From: Verrucomicrobiota bacterium
GTDB taxonomy: Bacteria; Verrucomicrobiota; Verrucomicrobiia; Limisphaerales; VHDF01
DNA: 64,000 nucleotides
NCBI GenBank assembly: GCA_016871495.1
Contig: VHDF01000011.1
Location: 12,384-76,383 of the forward strand
Direction: 5' to 3'
In this document: positions 1 through 9,389 of the stretch, one piece after another
How the letters are laid out: each line of letters starts with the position of its first letter
Numbering within the stretch: position 1 is the stretch's first letter
Position numbers and translations under genes: made by a program
The notes under the pieces: model-generated
What the model was told of the DNA's origin: nothing
Database searches by the model: none
What the model saw: the letters and a program-made list of their open reading frames with translations, nothing else

Positions 1-523
1 CATACGCGGCCTTAAGCCGGGTGTCGAAGGTCGGATCCAGGACATTCATGGCCGTCTCGTGCAAGGCGTGCGCAAACTCGTGAATCAAGATGTTTTCGGT
101 CGAGTAAGGGTCCCCGGGGAAAGCCAGCAGGTTCTCCTCGGCGCAACTGACCGTGGGAACCGCGGGGGTGGCGCCCAAACCCCGAGCCCGCCGGTTCCAG
201 TAAACGCGGGGCTTGAGGTGGGCATGCTCGGGAACATCCGTCGTGAATTCGTTCCACGCCATCACGGCCAGCTTGACCTTGTTCGTGGCCATCACCCCCA
301 ACATCTCCCGCCGGTGCGCCGTGACCCGCTCCAGTATCCAGGCCGCCTCAAGCAGCGCCGCATCGGACACGCGCTCCGACCCCACAATGGGGAACCCGTG
401 AACTCGCACCCGCTTGGCATAGAACGAATGAAGACCTTCCGCCCTCGCCTGCTCGGCCGAAATACGCTCGACCGGCCGGCGGTCCGACGTCCAGCCCAAG
501 ACCCCCAGGCCCAACCAGGCCAT
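1..523 (-). CDS. Zn-metallopeptidase-like protein (HExxH), 3' end runs off the window; start uncertain (ATG 523 or 619)
   Basis: Not in the ORF track (no stop in window). Manual translation is open and gives ...FYAKRVRVHGFPIVGS...PEHAHLKPRVYWNRRARGLGATP...SCAEENLLAFPGDPYSTENILIHEFAHALHE..., with a hydrophobic N-terminus. Confidence 0.7.
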   Translation of the reverse strand, partial: MAWLGLGVLGWTSDRRPVERISAEQARAEGLHSFYAKRVRVHGFPIVGSERVSDAALLEAAWILERVTAHRREMLGVMATNKVKLAVMAWNEFTTDVPEHAHLKPRVYWNRRARGLGATPAVPTVSCAEENLLAFPGDPYSTENILIHEFAHALHETAMNVLDPTFDTRLKAAY

Positions 524-630
524 AAGCCATCCCCACCCCGCCGCCCGTCTGCACTGCGCGGCCACGGCGCCCCGGAAGAAATGCGGGAATAAGAGCTCCG
601 GTTCCGCTCTCCCAAGCATGGACAATGGTT

Positions 631-660
631 TGGACAATGCCCATCCAAAGCCGCTATGTT
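631..660 (+). promoter_or_regulatory. Possible sigma70 promoter for the spondin-domain gene
   Basis: TGGACA-18nt-TATGTT; TGGACAATG also occurs 12 nt upstream (619-627). Confidence 0.3.
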
Positions 661-725
661 GGTGTGAGTCCTCGGCTGACCGCCGTCGCCCCTCCGCATT
701 CGTCGATTTCCACATGCTCATCGCC

Positions 726-2261
726 ATGAAATCTTTGGTTCTCTTGTGCTGGTTCGTGTGCCTTGTCGGATGGAGCTTCAACCTGGTTCCGAACGTTCAC
801 GCCGAAATGGTCACCGTGACGCCCTCGGCGGACACGACCCTTCATGAAAAGTCGCCGGATTTCAATGTCGGGGGCCATTTTGATTTTTCCGCGGGCACCG
901 TGGCCAGCGGCCAGCGCACGCGGGCGCTGGTCAAATTCGACCTCACCGGAAAAGTGCCTGCCAACGCCACCATCCTCTCCGCCCGGCTGGTGTTGCGATT
1001 CACCCGCGAGCCGTCCAGCGGGGGTGCGGATGGCATCCTCGAAGTCCGCCGCGTGCTTCGCACTTGGACCGAGGGCAACAAACCCGGCCCTTCAGGACAA
1101 CCGGCGACCTCCGGCGAAACCACCTGGTCCTTCAATATGCATCCCGGATTGCCTTGGGCGGAAAAAGGCGGCGGATTCGGATCCGATTTCTCCAGCACCA
1201 CCAGCGCCTCGGTGCCGATCATCGGTCGAGGGACCCTGGAAATTCTATCGACCCGTGCCTTGTTGGCCGATGTTCAAGCGTGGCTCGCCGATCCCACGGC
1301 TAATTTTGGATGGGTGCTCGCGGTGCGCGACGAAAGCGTGCGCGAAACGGCTCGCCGCATCGCCTCCCGCGAAGATCCCGCCAACGCTCCCAAGTTGATC
1401 CTCGAATACACTCTCGGCCCCGCCGAGCTTCGATTCGCGCCCGCCACCACAAGTGCAACGCATCTCTTGCTGGCCTGGACCGGTGGAACACCCCCATTCC
1501 AAGTGCAACACCGCCCGTCACTCGAAGCAGGGACCTGGATGGACCTCGGGAAACCCACCACGAATCGGAACGTGGAGATCCCCCGGGCTTCCGCTCCCGG
1601 CTATTATCGACTGCAACTGGCCACCACCACTCAAAACCCCGACAACCCGCCGCCGCCACCCCCCGCAGACCCCAATGAAACCGTGGAGTATGAACTCTCC
1701 TTTCAAAGCGACTGGACTCCATCTACGCATCCGCAAAGTTATCCGCTCGGCGCCCATTGGTCGCCCTTGATCGGAGGCACGCACAATGAGGAAGTGGTAT
1801 TCTGGGAGGCAGGCGGTCTCGCCAGCCGTGGGATTGAGGATATGGCCGAGGTCGGGAGCGTGGTGAACTTGCGTCAGGAGATCAACGCGGTGATTGCCGT
1901 CGGCAAGGCATTCCAAACCTTCACGCGGCCGGGGTCGATTCCTCCCAGCGGGACCGTCAGCGTCACATTCACAGTTCATAGGAAATTTCCCCGAGTCACC
2001 GCAGTCACCATGATCGCGCCCAGCCCGGACTGGTTCACGGGGGTGCATGGTGTCCTCCTGCGGGAAAACGACCAGTGGGTGGATAAAAAAACCGTGGTCC
2101 TCAACCTTTACGACGCGGGAACCGACAGCGGCGCCAACTACAACTCGCTCGATGCCGATACTCAACCTCGATCGACCATCCGCCAGATCCTCGGCTTCCC
2201 CGCCTTGGTCGGTGGAAACGTGGTTCCTTTCGGCAGCTTCACCTTCACTCGAAAGCGTTGA
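726..2261 (+). CDS. Secreted protein: DNRLRE/CBM96-like domain + PVC-type FYRL module + Pro linker + Spondin_N domain
   Basis: Signal peptide MKSLVLLCWF...VHA; SADTTLHE...RALVKFDL...NFGWVL (DNRLRE-like); YELSFQSDW...AHWSPLIGGTH...ASRGIEDMAEVG...PSPDWFTG...YDAGTDSG (Spondin_N). Confidence 0.8.
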   Translation: MKSLVLLCWFVCLVGWSFNLVPNVHAEMVTVTPSADTTLHEKSPDFNVGGHFDFSAGTVASGQRTRALVKFDLTGKVPANATILSARLVLRFTREPSSGGADGILEVRRVLRTWTEGNKPGPSGQPATSGETTWSFNMHPGLPWAEKGGGFGSDFSSTTSASVPIIGRGTLEILSTRALLADVQAWLADPTANFGWVLAVRDESVRETARRIASREDPANAPKLILEYTLGPAELRFAPATTSATHLLLAWTGGTPPFQVQHRPSLEAGTWMDLGKPTTNRNVEIPRASAPGYYRLQLATTTQNPDNPPPPPPADPNETVEYELSFQSDWTPSTHPQSYPLGAHWSPLIGGTHNEEVVFWEAGGLASRGIEDMAEVGSVVNLRQEINAVIAVGKAFQTFTRPGSIPPSGTVSVTFTVHRKFPRVTAVTMIAPSPDWFTGVHGVLLRENDQWVDKKTVVLNLYDAGTDSGANYNSLDADTQPRSTIRQILGFPALVGGNVVPFGSFTFTRKR

Positions 2262-2314
2262 TCCCTGAACAAAGGGATTCGTCACACGCCCTGTGGAAGA
2301 CGGGAGCCGGCGCC

Positions 2315-2404
2315 CAGTACACCCACAAGGAGTCGGTGATGCGCGCGGATGCGCCGTGAGCGGCGCGCCCCACCACCGGACCGCGCCGTTCACGGCGCTT
2401 CCGC
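2315..2404. repeat. Degenerate, rearranged copy of repeat family B
   Basis: Begins CAGTACACCC..GGAGTCGGTGATGCGCGCGG like the B left end; contains the inverted pair GCGCCGTGAGCGGCGCG / CGCGCCGTTCACGGCGC. Confidence 0.5.
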
Positions 2405-2533
2405 GTCGCCCGGTCCCGCCCGCGGGCAACGAAGTGGACGCCTTCGCTGGGGTGTGGCAGCGTTGGATCCGTGCAGGCCGCATTGGTAAAATTCCGCGCC
2501 TATGATTCCCACCCCTGTCCAGCAGGAGCGTGG

Positions 2534-3832
2534 ATGCGCCTGGCCGTGCTCGCGGCACTTTTACTCGCGCATGTCGCCGGCGTTGGAGCCGCGGCTTCGC
2601 GGCTCCCCCAAATCATCCAGAGCGCGTCCGGCCAGTTCGTGATCCAAGGGCCTCGCCCCGTGCCGGGAACCCCAGAGCGAAATGATCAATTGACGGACGA
2701 TGTCCTGCTCCAGCTCGACACGGATCTGCTCGCGATCGCTTGCGAACGCGTCAAGAGGGCTTTCCTTCGTGAATTGCAATTGCCGGACCAATGGCGCGGC
2801 CGCGTCACGCTCAAGATCGAGCCTTCCTGGGGCGAGGATCGGGCCATTCGCCTTGAAAGCGCCCGTTCGCAGGGAGGCTGGCGATATCAGGCTGCCCTTC
2901 CCCCCAAAGTTTCCTCAAAAGTCCTGGTCCGTTACCTCGCCGAATTGCTGCTGCAAGAGTTCGCCAATCGAACTTCCGGGGATCGCCAGGCCGAAATTCC
3001 ATTCTGGCTCTCGGAAGGGCTCAGCCGCCACCTTCTCGCCGGCTACAAAACGGATCTGCTGCTGCGTCCTCAAACCCGCTCCGTCGTCAGCATCGCCCAA
3101 GGGGATCCGCTCGAGATGGTACGCACCTATTTCTCCACCAATCGTCCCCTGACGATCAACGAACTCAGCCTGCCCGGGCAAGTTGAGCTCGTGGCGGGCG
3201 GCGGCTTGACTTACTCCCTGTCGGCCCACCTGCTCTATTTCGAGCTCAGTCGTTATCACGCCAATCGTGCCCCCCTGGTGCAATACCTGAGCCGCTCCGG
3301 CCATTATCTCAACTGGCAAAGTGCCTTTCTCGAAAGCTATCGAAATGTCTTTCCCACCATGCTCGACTTCGAGAAATGGTGGGCCATCACGGTGGTGAAT
3401 TTTACCGGCCGCGATCCCCGGCGCTCGTGGAGTTTTCAGGAGAGCATGAAGCAACTCGACGACATCCTCAAAACTCCGGCTCAAATCAGCATCCAACCGC
3501 GGGCCGCCGCCCAACATTCCACCGTCTCCCTCCAAACGATGATCAACCAATGGGATCCGGCTCAGCAAACCTTCCTGTTCCGCAAGAAAATCTCCCAGCT
3601 CCACCTGCTGAAAACGCGTTGCGCCGAGGAAATCCTCCCGGTGGTCGAAGACTACCGGCTAACCCTTGACACTTACCTGGCCCGCCGCCAACGCGCAGGA
3701 TACGCCCCGGCCACCAAAAGCCAGGGCCTGCCCAGCCTCGTCGTCCTGGCCCAGGAAACCGTCCGGAGGCTCGACGAGGTCGACGGGCGCAAAGCTGCGC
3801 TCCGCCCGGTCGCGCCCGCCCCATCCCGCTAG
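2534..3832 (+). CDS. Secreted hypothetical protein, peptidase-MA-like fold lacking HExxH
   Basis: AGGAG before ATG 2534; signal peptide; P-F-W-L-S-E-G-L motif, but the upstream helix reads YLAELLLQEF with no His. Confidence 0.65.
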   Translation: MRLAVLAALLLAHVAGVGAAASRLPQIIQSASGQFVIQGPRPVPGTPERNDQLTDDVLLQLDTDLLAIACERVKRAFLRELQLPDQWRGRVTLKIEPSWGEDRAIRLESARSQGGWRYQAALPPKVSSKVLVRYLAELLLQEFANRTSGDRQAEIPFWLSEGLSRHLLAGYKTDLLLRPQTRSVVSIAQGDPLEMVRTYFSTNRPLTINELSLPGQVELVAGGGLTYSLSAHLLYFELSRYHANRAPLVQYLSRSGHYLNWQSAFLESYRNVFPTMLDFEKWWAITVVNFTGRDPRRSWSFQESMKQLDDILKTPAQISIQPRAAAQHSTVSLQTMINQWDPAQQTFLFRKKISQLHLLKTRCAEEILPVVEDYRLTLDTYLARRQRAGYAPATKSQGLPSLVVLAQETVRRLDEVDGRKAALRPVAPAPSR

Positions 3833-3843
3833 CCCTCGCCGAC

Positions 3844-5388
3844 ATGGCCGACATTCTCCTCAGCACGCTCAACGCGCGTTACATCCACGCCGCCTTCGGA
3901 CTCCGTTATCTCCAGGCGAACCTCCCGGAAGCACTGCAAAACCGCGCCCGCGTGCGCGAATTCGATGTTCAACAGCGGCCCATGGACATCGTCGAAAACC
4001 TCCTCTCCGAGCAGCCACGCATCATCGGATTTGGAGTCTATATCTGGAATGCCACCGCCACCCATGAAGTGGTCGCCCTGCTCAGAAAGGCGGCACCCGA
4101 AATCGTCATCGTCCTCGGCGGCCCCGAGGTCAGCTACGAATGGGAGTCGCAGCCGCTGGTGGCCCTGGCGGACTTCGTGATCACCGGCGAGGCGGATGTC
4201 GCCTTTGGAGAGCTTTGCCTCGACGTCCTGGACCGCCGTCCTCCCGCCGGGAAGATCCTGTCACCGCCGCTCCCCGACCTCGCCAAGCTGCGCCTGCCCT
4301 ACACGCTTTATTCGGACGAGGACCTCGCCCACCGCGTCGTCTATGTGGAAGCTTCCCGGGGATGTCCCTTCACCTGCGAGTTCTGCCTTTCCTCCATCGA
4401 CTTGCCAGTCCGGGCCTTTCCCTTGGAATCCTTTCTCGACGAGATGGACCGCCTGCTTGCGCGCGGTTTGTTGCAATTGAAATTCGTCGATCGCACTTTT
4501 AATCTTCATCTGCCCACAAGCCGCCGCATCTTGGAATATTTTCTCGATCGCCAGCGGCCCGGCCTGTTCCTCCATTTCGAAATGGTCCCGGACCGCCTGC
4601 CGGACGCGCTTCGAGACGTCATTCGAAAGTTCCCTCCGGGCAGCCTCCAGTTCGAAGTCGGGGTGCAAACGTTCAATCCCGAAGTCGCCACGCGGATCCG
4701 GCGCAAACAAAACCTCTCCAAGCTTGAGGACAACCTCCAGTTCCTGCGGCGTGAAACCGGCGTGCATGTCCATGCCGATCTGATCGCGGGATTGCCGGGC
4801 GAAACCATGGAAAGTTTCGCCGAGGGATTCAACCGCCTGGTCGCTCTCCGGCCGCAGGAAATTCAAGTGGGCATTCTCAAACGTCTGCGGGGCACTCCCA
4901 TCTCCCGGCATGACCAGGAGTTCGCCATGGCCTACAGCCCGCTTCCGCCTTATGAAATTCTGCGAACGCGGGACTTGACCTTCGCGCAAGTCAGGCAGCT
5001 CAGCCGTTTCTCGCGCTACTGGGATTTGATGGCCAACAGCGGCAACTTCGCGGAAGCGCTGCCGTGCTTGTGGAAAGGCGGCCTCTCTCCGTTTGCCGGT
5101 TTCACGGAATGGTCGAACTGGCTGCACCAACGCCTCGGCGCCCGCCACGGCATCGCCCTCGCCACGCTTTTCGAGGCGCTCCACACCTTCCTCGTCGACT
5201 TTCGGCAATTCGAGTCGGCCGCCGCCGGGGAAATCCTCGCGCGCGACTACCTCCGGCCCGGACGCAAAGATCCGCCGGAATTCCTCCGCCCCTGGCTTCC
5301 GCAAAGCGCGCCAAGCCATACCTCCGCCACCACCCGGCTCCTGCCTCGCCGACAAGCCCGCCACACGGCCGGCGCGAAAGTTTCATGA
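3844..5388 (+). CDS. B12-binding radical SAM protein (DUF4080-type)
   Basis: N-terminal cobalamin-binding domain (FGVYIWN, LGGPEVS); EASRGCPFTCEFCLS CxxxCxxC motif. Confidence 0.9.
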   Translation: MADILLSTLNARYIHAAFGLRYLQANLPEALQNRARVREFDVQQRPMDIVENLLSEQPRIIGFGVYIWNATATHEVVALLRKAAPEIVIVLGGPEVSYEWESQPLVALADFVITGEADVAFGELCLDVLDRRPPAGKILSPPLPDLAKLRLPYTLYSDEDLAHRVVYVEASRGCPFTCEFCLSSIDLPVRAFPLESFLDEMDRLLARGLLQLKFVDRTFNLHLPTSRRILEYFLDRQRPGLFLHFEMVPDRLPDALRDVIRKFPPGSLQFEVGVQTFNPEVATRIRRKQNLSKLEDNLQFLRRETGVHVHADLIAGLPGETMESFAEGFNRLVALRPQEIQVGILKRLRGTPISRHDQEFAMAYSPLPPYEILRTRDLTFAQVRQLSRFSRYWDLMANSGNFAEALPCLWKGGLSPFAGFTEWSNWLHQRLGARHGIALATLFEALHTFLVDFRQFESAAAGEILARDYLRPGRKDPPEFLRPWLPQSAPSHTSATTRLLPRRQARHTAGAKVS

Positions 5389-6144
5389 ATACTTCAACGC
5401 CTTCTCCACTTCACGCACACCCCGCGTCATCGGAAGCTGCTTTCCTCCTTCAAGAATCAACACGTGTTCACCCTTGAACATGGGCTGCAATTCTCTCACC
5501 CGGTCCAAATTCACAATCGCCGAACGGCTGACGCGCAGAAATTTTTCCGGATCCAGCTGCGATTCGAGGGAGGCCATGGTTTCGCGCAGGATATGACTCT
5601 CTTTTCCCGCGTGGACCGCGACGTAGTTTCCTGCCGACTCGATGAAATCGATATCCGCCGTTCTCACAAAGACAGTGCGGTCGTCGTTGCGGATCGAGAT
5701 CCGGGTTAAGGATGGCGTGGCGGAACCGCGCTGCCCGAGCAATTCCAACAATCCCTTGGCCGTTCGACCCGTCGCGCGATCCTCCAGTTGCTTGCGCGCA
5801 TGCGCGAGCGCCGATCGAAACCGGTCCGGCTGAACCGGCTTCAACAGGTAGTCGAGCGCATGGTGTTCGAACGCTTTCAAAGCGTGCCGATCGTAGGCGG
5901 TCGTAAAGATGACCGCGGGCAGCGGCTCGAGGCGCAATGCCTTCAACATCTGGAACCCGTCCATCTCCGGCATCTGCACGTCGAGGAATAAAAGATCCGG
6001 CGGCTCCTTCTCGATCGCAGGCAAAGCTTCGGGTCCACTCCCGAACTCGCCGAGAATCACCACCCCGGGTTCATCCTTGAGCAGAAATCGAATCCGTTCC
6101 CTCGCCAAAGGCTCGTCATCGATGATGGCCGCCCGGAGGTTCAT
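5383..6144 (-). CDS. LytTR-family response regulator
   Basis: IIDDEPLAR receiver, FLDVQMP, FTTAYD; C-terminal LytTR domain (FLRVSRSAIVN). Confidence 0.95.
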   Translation of the reverse strand: MNLRAAIIDDEPLARERIRFLLKDEPGVVILGEFGSGPEALPAIEKEPPDLLFLDVQMPEMDGFQMLKALRLEPLPAVIFTTAYDRHALKAFEHHALDYLLKPVQPDRFRSALAHARKQLEDRATGRTAKGLLELLGQRGSATPSLTRISIRNDDRTVFVRTADIDFIESAGNYVAVHAGKESHILRETMASLESQLDPEKFLRVSRSAIVNLDRVRELQPMFKGEHVLILEGGKQLPMTRGVREVEKALKYS

Positions 6145-7319
6145 GCCGTTGAGTCCTGCGTCTCGCGCCAGGGAAGCTCAATGCGCACCGAGAATCCCCC
6201 GTCCTGATCCGGACCTGCCTCCAAACGAGCCCCGTCACCATGGAGCTGCCGCAGCCGCGCCCGGGCGTTCGCCAAACCAATGCCATGCCCGGGCGAGGGG
6301 CGTTCCGAAGAAGACTCGCACGGAACCGTTGAAGCCACGGTTCCGTCGCCGCCTCTCGCTCGATTGCGAACGTGGAGAACCCATCGATTCCCCTCGCGCG
6401 AAGCCAAGAGGCAGATCAATCCCGGCCGCCGCGAGGACTCGATGCCATGCTTGACCGCGTTCTCCACCAGCGGCTGCAGCATCAGCGTGGGCACCAGTCC
6501 GTCCAGCAATGGACCGGGGATGTTCACCTCAACCGCGAGCCGGTCCCCGAATCGCCGCTTTTCAATGGCCAGATAGTGCTCGAGCAAATCCAATTCCTTG
6601 CGCAGCGGGATTTCCTGGTCGTCGCGGGTGTCCAACGACGCCCGCAGCAACTCGCTCAAATGCCCGATCATGCGATCCGCCGCGTCCGGATCGCTGTGAA
6701 TCAACGTGGAAATGGCGTTCAACGTGTTGAATAGAAAATGCGGATTCAACTGCATGCGCAGCGCCTGCAGATTGGCCTGGGCCAGGCTTGCTTGCAACGC
6801 GAGCGCTTGGCGTTCCCGTTGCCGGGACCGCCGCAAAAAAGTCGCCGCATGACAGGCGCTGGCGACCCCCGCATACAGCAGAAAATCGAAGGACATGCGG
6901 AAGGGCTGGCCTCGAGGCCGTGGCGGCGAGCCCCGCGGACGTCCCCGGCCCCAGGGCGGCCCCGGACCCTGGCGAAACATCGGCCCCTGCGGATCAGCGA
7001 TGCCCAAGAACGCCGCCAACCGCTCGGGAGGCAGATGATGCTCCCGAGCCTCGGTGGAAAGCCAGACAAGCAGAGCCGCCGCCACCGCGTGCAGCCCCAA
7101 GTGCCAGGGCCAGCGCGGACGTTCCACAGGAAAATAAAAGGAAAGGAGAATGGCAGGCAACGACAGCAGCGGCCACGTGACCCAAAAATGCAACCCGTTG
7201 AGGAGGGCGTCCGCCCAGTCCAGGGATACCCCCTGGCTGATCTGCAGCGCGGTGAAGCAGACCAACACCCCCCAGGCCCCAAGGGCCACACCCACCGCCA
7301 TGAGGATCGCCCTCGACAT
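6141..7319 (-). CDS. LytS/YehU-family sensor histidine kinase
   Basis: TM segments; LRMQLNPHFLFNTLN, LQPLVENAVKHG, GIGLAN; 4-nt overlap with the LytTR gene. Confidence 0.92.
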   Translation of the reverse strand: MSRAILMAVGVALGAWGVLVCFTALQISQGVSLDWADALLNGLHFWVTWPLLSLPAILLSFYFPVERPRWPWHLGLHAVAAALLVWLSTEAREHHLPPERLAAFLGIADPQGPMFRQGPGPPWGRGRPRGSPPRPRGQPFRMSFDFLLYAGVASACHAATFLRRSRQRERQALALQASLAQANLQALRMQLNPHFLFNTLNAISTLIHSDPDAADRMIGHLSELLRASLDTRDDQEIPLRKELDLLEHYLAIEKRRFGDRLAVEVNIPGPLLDGLVPTLMLQPLVENAVKHGIESSRRPGLICLLASREGNRWVLHVRNRARGGDGTVASTVPCESSSERPSPGHGIGLANARARLRQLHGDGARLEAGPDQDGGFSVRIELPWRETQDSTA

Positions 7320-7322
7320 GAC

Positions 7323-8189
7323 TCAGAGGTACGGAGCGAGGATGGACCGCAATGCCCGCACCCTCGATTTGGGCCATCGGCTGCGTTCCGTGAGGATGGC
7401 GCACTTCAGCGCCGAATGGCTTGGCCAGTTCGCTTGCTCGGGAACTTTTGGAACCACCCGCTGCACCAACTCGCGCGCGTGATCCGCGTTCTGGCGCAAG
7501 TTCTCAAGGATCATTTCCAGCGTGACATGGCCTTCCTCCGCCCTCCATCCATCGTAATCCGTGACCATGGCCGCCGAGGCATAGGAAATCTCCGCCTCGC
7601 GCGCGCAACGCGCCTCGCCCAGATTGGTCATGCCCACCACATCAAAACCTTGCCGGTGATGGAGCAGCGACTCCGCGCGGGTGCTGAACGCCGGGCCTTC
7701 CATATTGAGATAAGTGCCGCCGTCATGCGGGCGCAACTCCATCCGGCGCGCCTCGCGCAGCGCGATTTGCCGAAGGTCCTCGCAGATCGGGCGGGCGAAC
7801 GCGATGTGCGCCACCAAGCCCTGCCCGAAAAAAGTGTGCTCGCTGGATTTCTTGGTGCGATCGACGAACTGATCGATGAAGACAAAATCGCGCGGACGAT
7901 ACTTGGCTTGCAACGATCCCACCGCGCTCAAGCTGAGAATCCAGCGGACGTTAAGACTGCGCAGAGCCCAAATGTTGGCCCGATGATTGAGTTCGCTGGG
8001 AAGGATCGTGTGGCCGCGTCCATGCCTCGGCAGAAAAACCACCTCCCGGCCCGCCAACTGTCCGGTCAGCAGGTCGTCCGACGGAAGCCCGAACGGCGTG
8101 CGAACCTTGACCCACTTCTGGCAGGTCAATGACTCCAGGTGATAAAGGCCGCTGCCGCCGATGATGCCGATGCGGGGAGAGTGACTCAT
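7323..8189 (-). CDS. mtnP: S-methyl-5'-thioadenosine phosphorylase
   Basis: IGIIGGSG, FLPRHG, MEGPAFST, VVGMT, VTDYD motifs. Confidence 0.9.
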   Translation of the reverse strand: MSHSPRIGIIGGSGLYHLESLTCQKWVKVRTPFGLPSDDLLTGQLAGREVVFLPRHGRGHTILPSELNHRANIWALRSLNVRWILSLSAVGSLQAKYRPRDFVFIDQFVDRTKKSSEHTFFGQGLVAHIAFARPICEDLRQIALREARRMELRPHDGGTYLNMEGPAFSTRAESLLHHRQGFDVVGMTNLGEARCAREAEISYASAAMVTDYDGWRAEEGHVTLEMILENLRQNADHARELVQRVVPKVPEQANWPSHSALKCAILTERSRWPKSRVRALRSILAPYL

Positions 8190-8268
8190 GCCGGGAGGAT
8201 CTGTTTTTGGCTTGAGTACTCCGGAACCGCGTCGATCTCAAGGCATTCCTGGAAGAGTGCCGCCGTGC

Positions 8269-8402
8269 CCGTGCATCCCGATGTTGTTGGTAGGGCGGGC
8301 CTGTCCCAGCCCGCCGCCCACGGGATGCAAAACATCATGCTCCGGCGGCGCGCCGGGACGGACGCGCCCTACCTGCATCACCGGCAACATCGGGATGCAC
8401 CG
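8269..8402. mobile_element. Family A MITE/REPIN (copy 1)
   Basis: 16-bp perfect TIR GTGCATCCCGATGTTG; two inverted GTAG-led palindromes inside; 9-bp direct repeat CCGCCGTGC at 8260-8268 and 8403-8411. Confidence 0.85.
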
Positions 8403-8410
8403 CCGCCGTG

Positions 8411-8622
8411 CGGCGTATCCAGAGGTTGTCGGTGACCGGGTTGTCGTGGTCACGCAGACAGCCCTGTCTGCTGTGGCGCAGGTTGCCCAGCCTGCGGGGC
8501 GACGAAGGGAACCACGGCTCGGGGAGATCACGGAAGGGCCTGGTTCTTCACCCGCCGGGCCGTCGGCGATACGGCAGGCTGGGCCGCCTGCGCCACACGA
8601 CAGACCACTTCGGGATACGTGC
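8411..8622. mobile_element. Family C MITE/REPIN (copy 1)
   Basis: Ends CGGCGTATCC / GGATACGTGC; inverted GTGG-CGCAGG..CCTGCG palindromes; homologous to 47548-47743, 13972-14039 and 20988-21206. Confidence 0.8.
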
Positions 8623-8681
8623 GCCGCCGTGTTCATGCCGGGCCGAGCGGAGATAGCCGAGGATCCCGCCTCGGCTTCACG

Positions 8682-9377
8682 TCACGGCGCGGATTGTCCC
8701 GAGATCCTCTTCTTCAACCGCAACAGGCTGACATAGACGGCGGCGTAAAGATTCTTCACGGCCAAACGCATCCGGTTGGCCAGGCGTTCTGAGGCGGTGT
8801 TCCGGGCGACTTTGCGCGCGTAGGTAATCGAATTGGCGAAGGTCGCGCCCGCGAAACGGTCGGAACGGAAGATCGACTCCGCGACCAACCGTTCGGGCCC
8901 GGGCCATCCCACCGTGTCGTGAAAGGCGATCACGCCGCCTTCCATCAACCAAGGCTCGTAATTCTCGAAATCCGCCTTCACCGCCTCATACTCATGCGCC
9001 CCGTCGATAAAGAGGAGTTCAATGGGCTCGCGCATGTCACGAACGGCGTCGCCCGACATCTTCACGATCGGCACCACCCGGTCCGACAATCCGGCGTCCG
9101 CGATGTTCTTCTGAAACGCGTCAAAGGTCCAAATCTTGCCCTCCATCTGATGCTCCGGAGATCCCACGTGCGGATCGATCGCATAGACTTTGGGTCCGTT
9201 GACGGCTTGTGAACCACCCGCCAGGCAAAGCGTCGATTTTCCCTGCCAGGACCCGATTTCCACAATCACGCCCCGCCCGGTGCAGCCGCGCGCGAGCCGG
9301 TAAAGCGTCCGCACCTCCATCGGACTGAGCCATCCGTTGACGCTTCGGATCCGGTGTTGGACCTCTTCGAGCTCCAT
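8682..9377 (-). CDS. Class I SAM-dependent methyltransferase (Methyltransf_24-like)
   Basis: VEIGSWQGKST; LFIDGAHEYEAVKAD...IAFHD. Confidence 0.9.
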   Translation of the reverse strand: MELEEVQHRIRSVNGWLSPMEVRTLYRLARGCTGRGVIVEIGSWQGKSTLCLAGGSQAVNGPKVYAIDPHVGSPEHQMEGKIWTFDAFQKNIADAGLSDRVVPIVKMSGDAVRDMREPIELLFIDGAHEYEAVKADFENYEPWLMEGGVIAFHDTVGWPGPERLVAESIFRSDRFAGATFANSITYARKVARNTASERLANRMRLAVKNLYAAVYVSLLRLKKRISGQSAP

Positions 9378-9389
9378 GCCGGGATCCCG

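Noticed and set aside
180-240. Apparent frameshift in the HExxH gene
   Set aside because: On rechecking the bases the frame is continuous (HLKPRVYWNRR).
8190-8268. SAM riboswitch upstream of mtnP
   Set aside because: No SAM-I/II/IV core motifs recognised; the region is short and bounded by the repeat.
8260-8631. CRISPR array interpretation of the DR-separated arrays
   Set aside because: The repeats are only 9 bp and differ between loci; the intervening units are 130-210-bp multicopy elements rather than unique spacers; no cas genes are present.
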